This document shows positions 26,829-26,926 of a stretch of 26,926 bases of DNA, in pieces. Each line of letters begins with the position of its first letter. Position 1 is the first letter of the stretch. Both the position numbers and the translations under genes were made by a program. Below the pieces are notes generated by a model, which made no database searches, was not told where the DNA came from, and saw only the letters and a program-made list of their open reading frames with translations. The stretch is from Synechococcus sp. GTDB lineage: Bacteria; Cyanobacteriota; Cyanobacteriia; Thermostichales; PCC-7336. The DNA lies in contig JBFRWN010000026.1 of the NCBI GenBank assembly GCA_051439605.1, positions 1 to 26,926 on the forward strand. The letters run 5' to 3'.

Positions 26829-26926
26829 CTAGCTCATTGCAGCAGAACTGAGATCGTAGTCGGTCATGAATGTCGATGGCAGTTCTCCTTGAATTCGATT
26901 GTGATAATTCATACGATCCTGCTCTG
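26829..26926 (-). CDS. gifA: 3' end of glutamine synthetase inactivating factor (IF7/IF17 family), truncated by window edge
   Basis: The frame from 26924 reads EQDRMNYHNRIQGELPSTFMTDYDLSSAAMS*, matching the IF7 C-terminus (W..VQGK....FR..YDRS.A.(L/M)S). gifA versus gifB cannot be resolved without the 5' part. Confidence 0.7.
   Translation of the reverse strand, partial: EQDRMNYHNRIQGELPSTFMTDYDLSSAAMS

Noticed and set aside
26900..26914. NtcA-like site GTG-ATAATTCA-TAC
   Set aside because: Lies within the gif-like coding frame, and no correctly spaced -10 box is visible; probably coincidental.

Overview
Cyanobacterial chromosomal window. The HIP1 octamer GCGATCGC recurs throughout, the genes are cyanobacteria-specific (ntcB, cnaT, nblA, crr7, mgdE, gifA-like), and the glucosylglycerate genes suggest a marine or halotolerant strain. 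Left to right: a His-less DHp-only protein divergent from an RpaA-like regulator; a minus-strand run of Zn-ribbon, CBS(-CP12-like), CBS and 2Fe-2S genes; aspA-type lyase; an NtcA-type promoter driving ntcB-cnaT-mobA; a TM0106 nuclease; a CDF transporter; a YbhB/PEBP protein; an unlisted 54-aa membrane protein; a CYTH-like protein; an unlisted 56-aa Arg/Lys-rich ORF with a long hairpin inside its coding sequence; a PolX-like HhH protein; crr7 and mgdE; an ArsR regulator; a Mo-nitro_C protein; nblA; a pentapeptide protein; DUF1830; dapB; gpgP-gpgS facing a GH13_18 glucosylglycerate phosphorylase; a sulfotransferase-like gene; a DUF4278 gene; and the 3' end of a glutamine synthetase inactivating factor. 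Nitrogen status is a strong theme. No rRNA, tRNA, CRISPR array or transposase was seen. The most intriguing candidates are the 56-aa ORF (12843-13013), built like an ArfA/BrfA nonstop-mRNA-regulated ribosome-rescue factor, and the pseudo-DHp / RpaA-paralogue pair. All family calls come from recalled motifs, not database searches.
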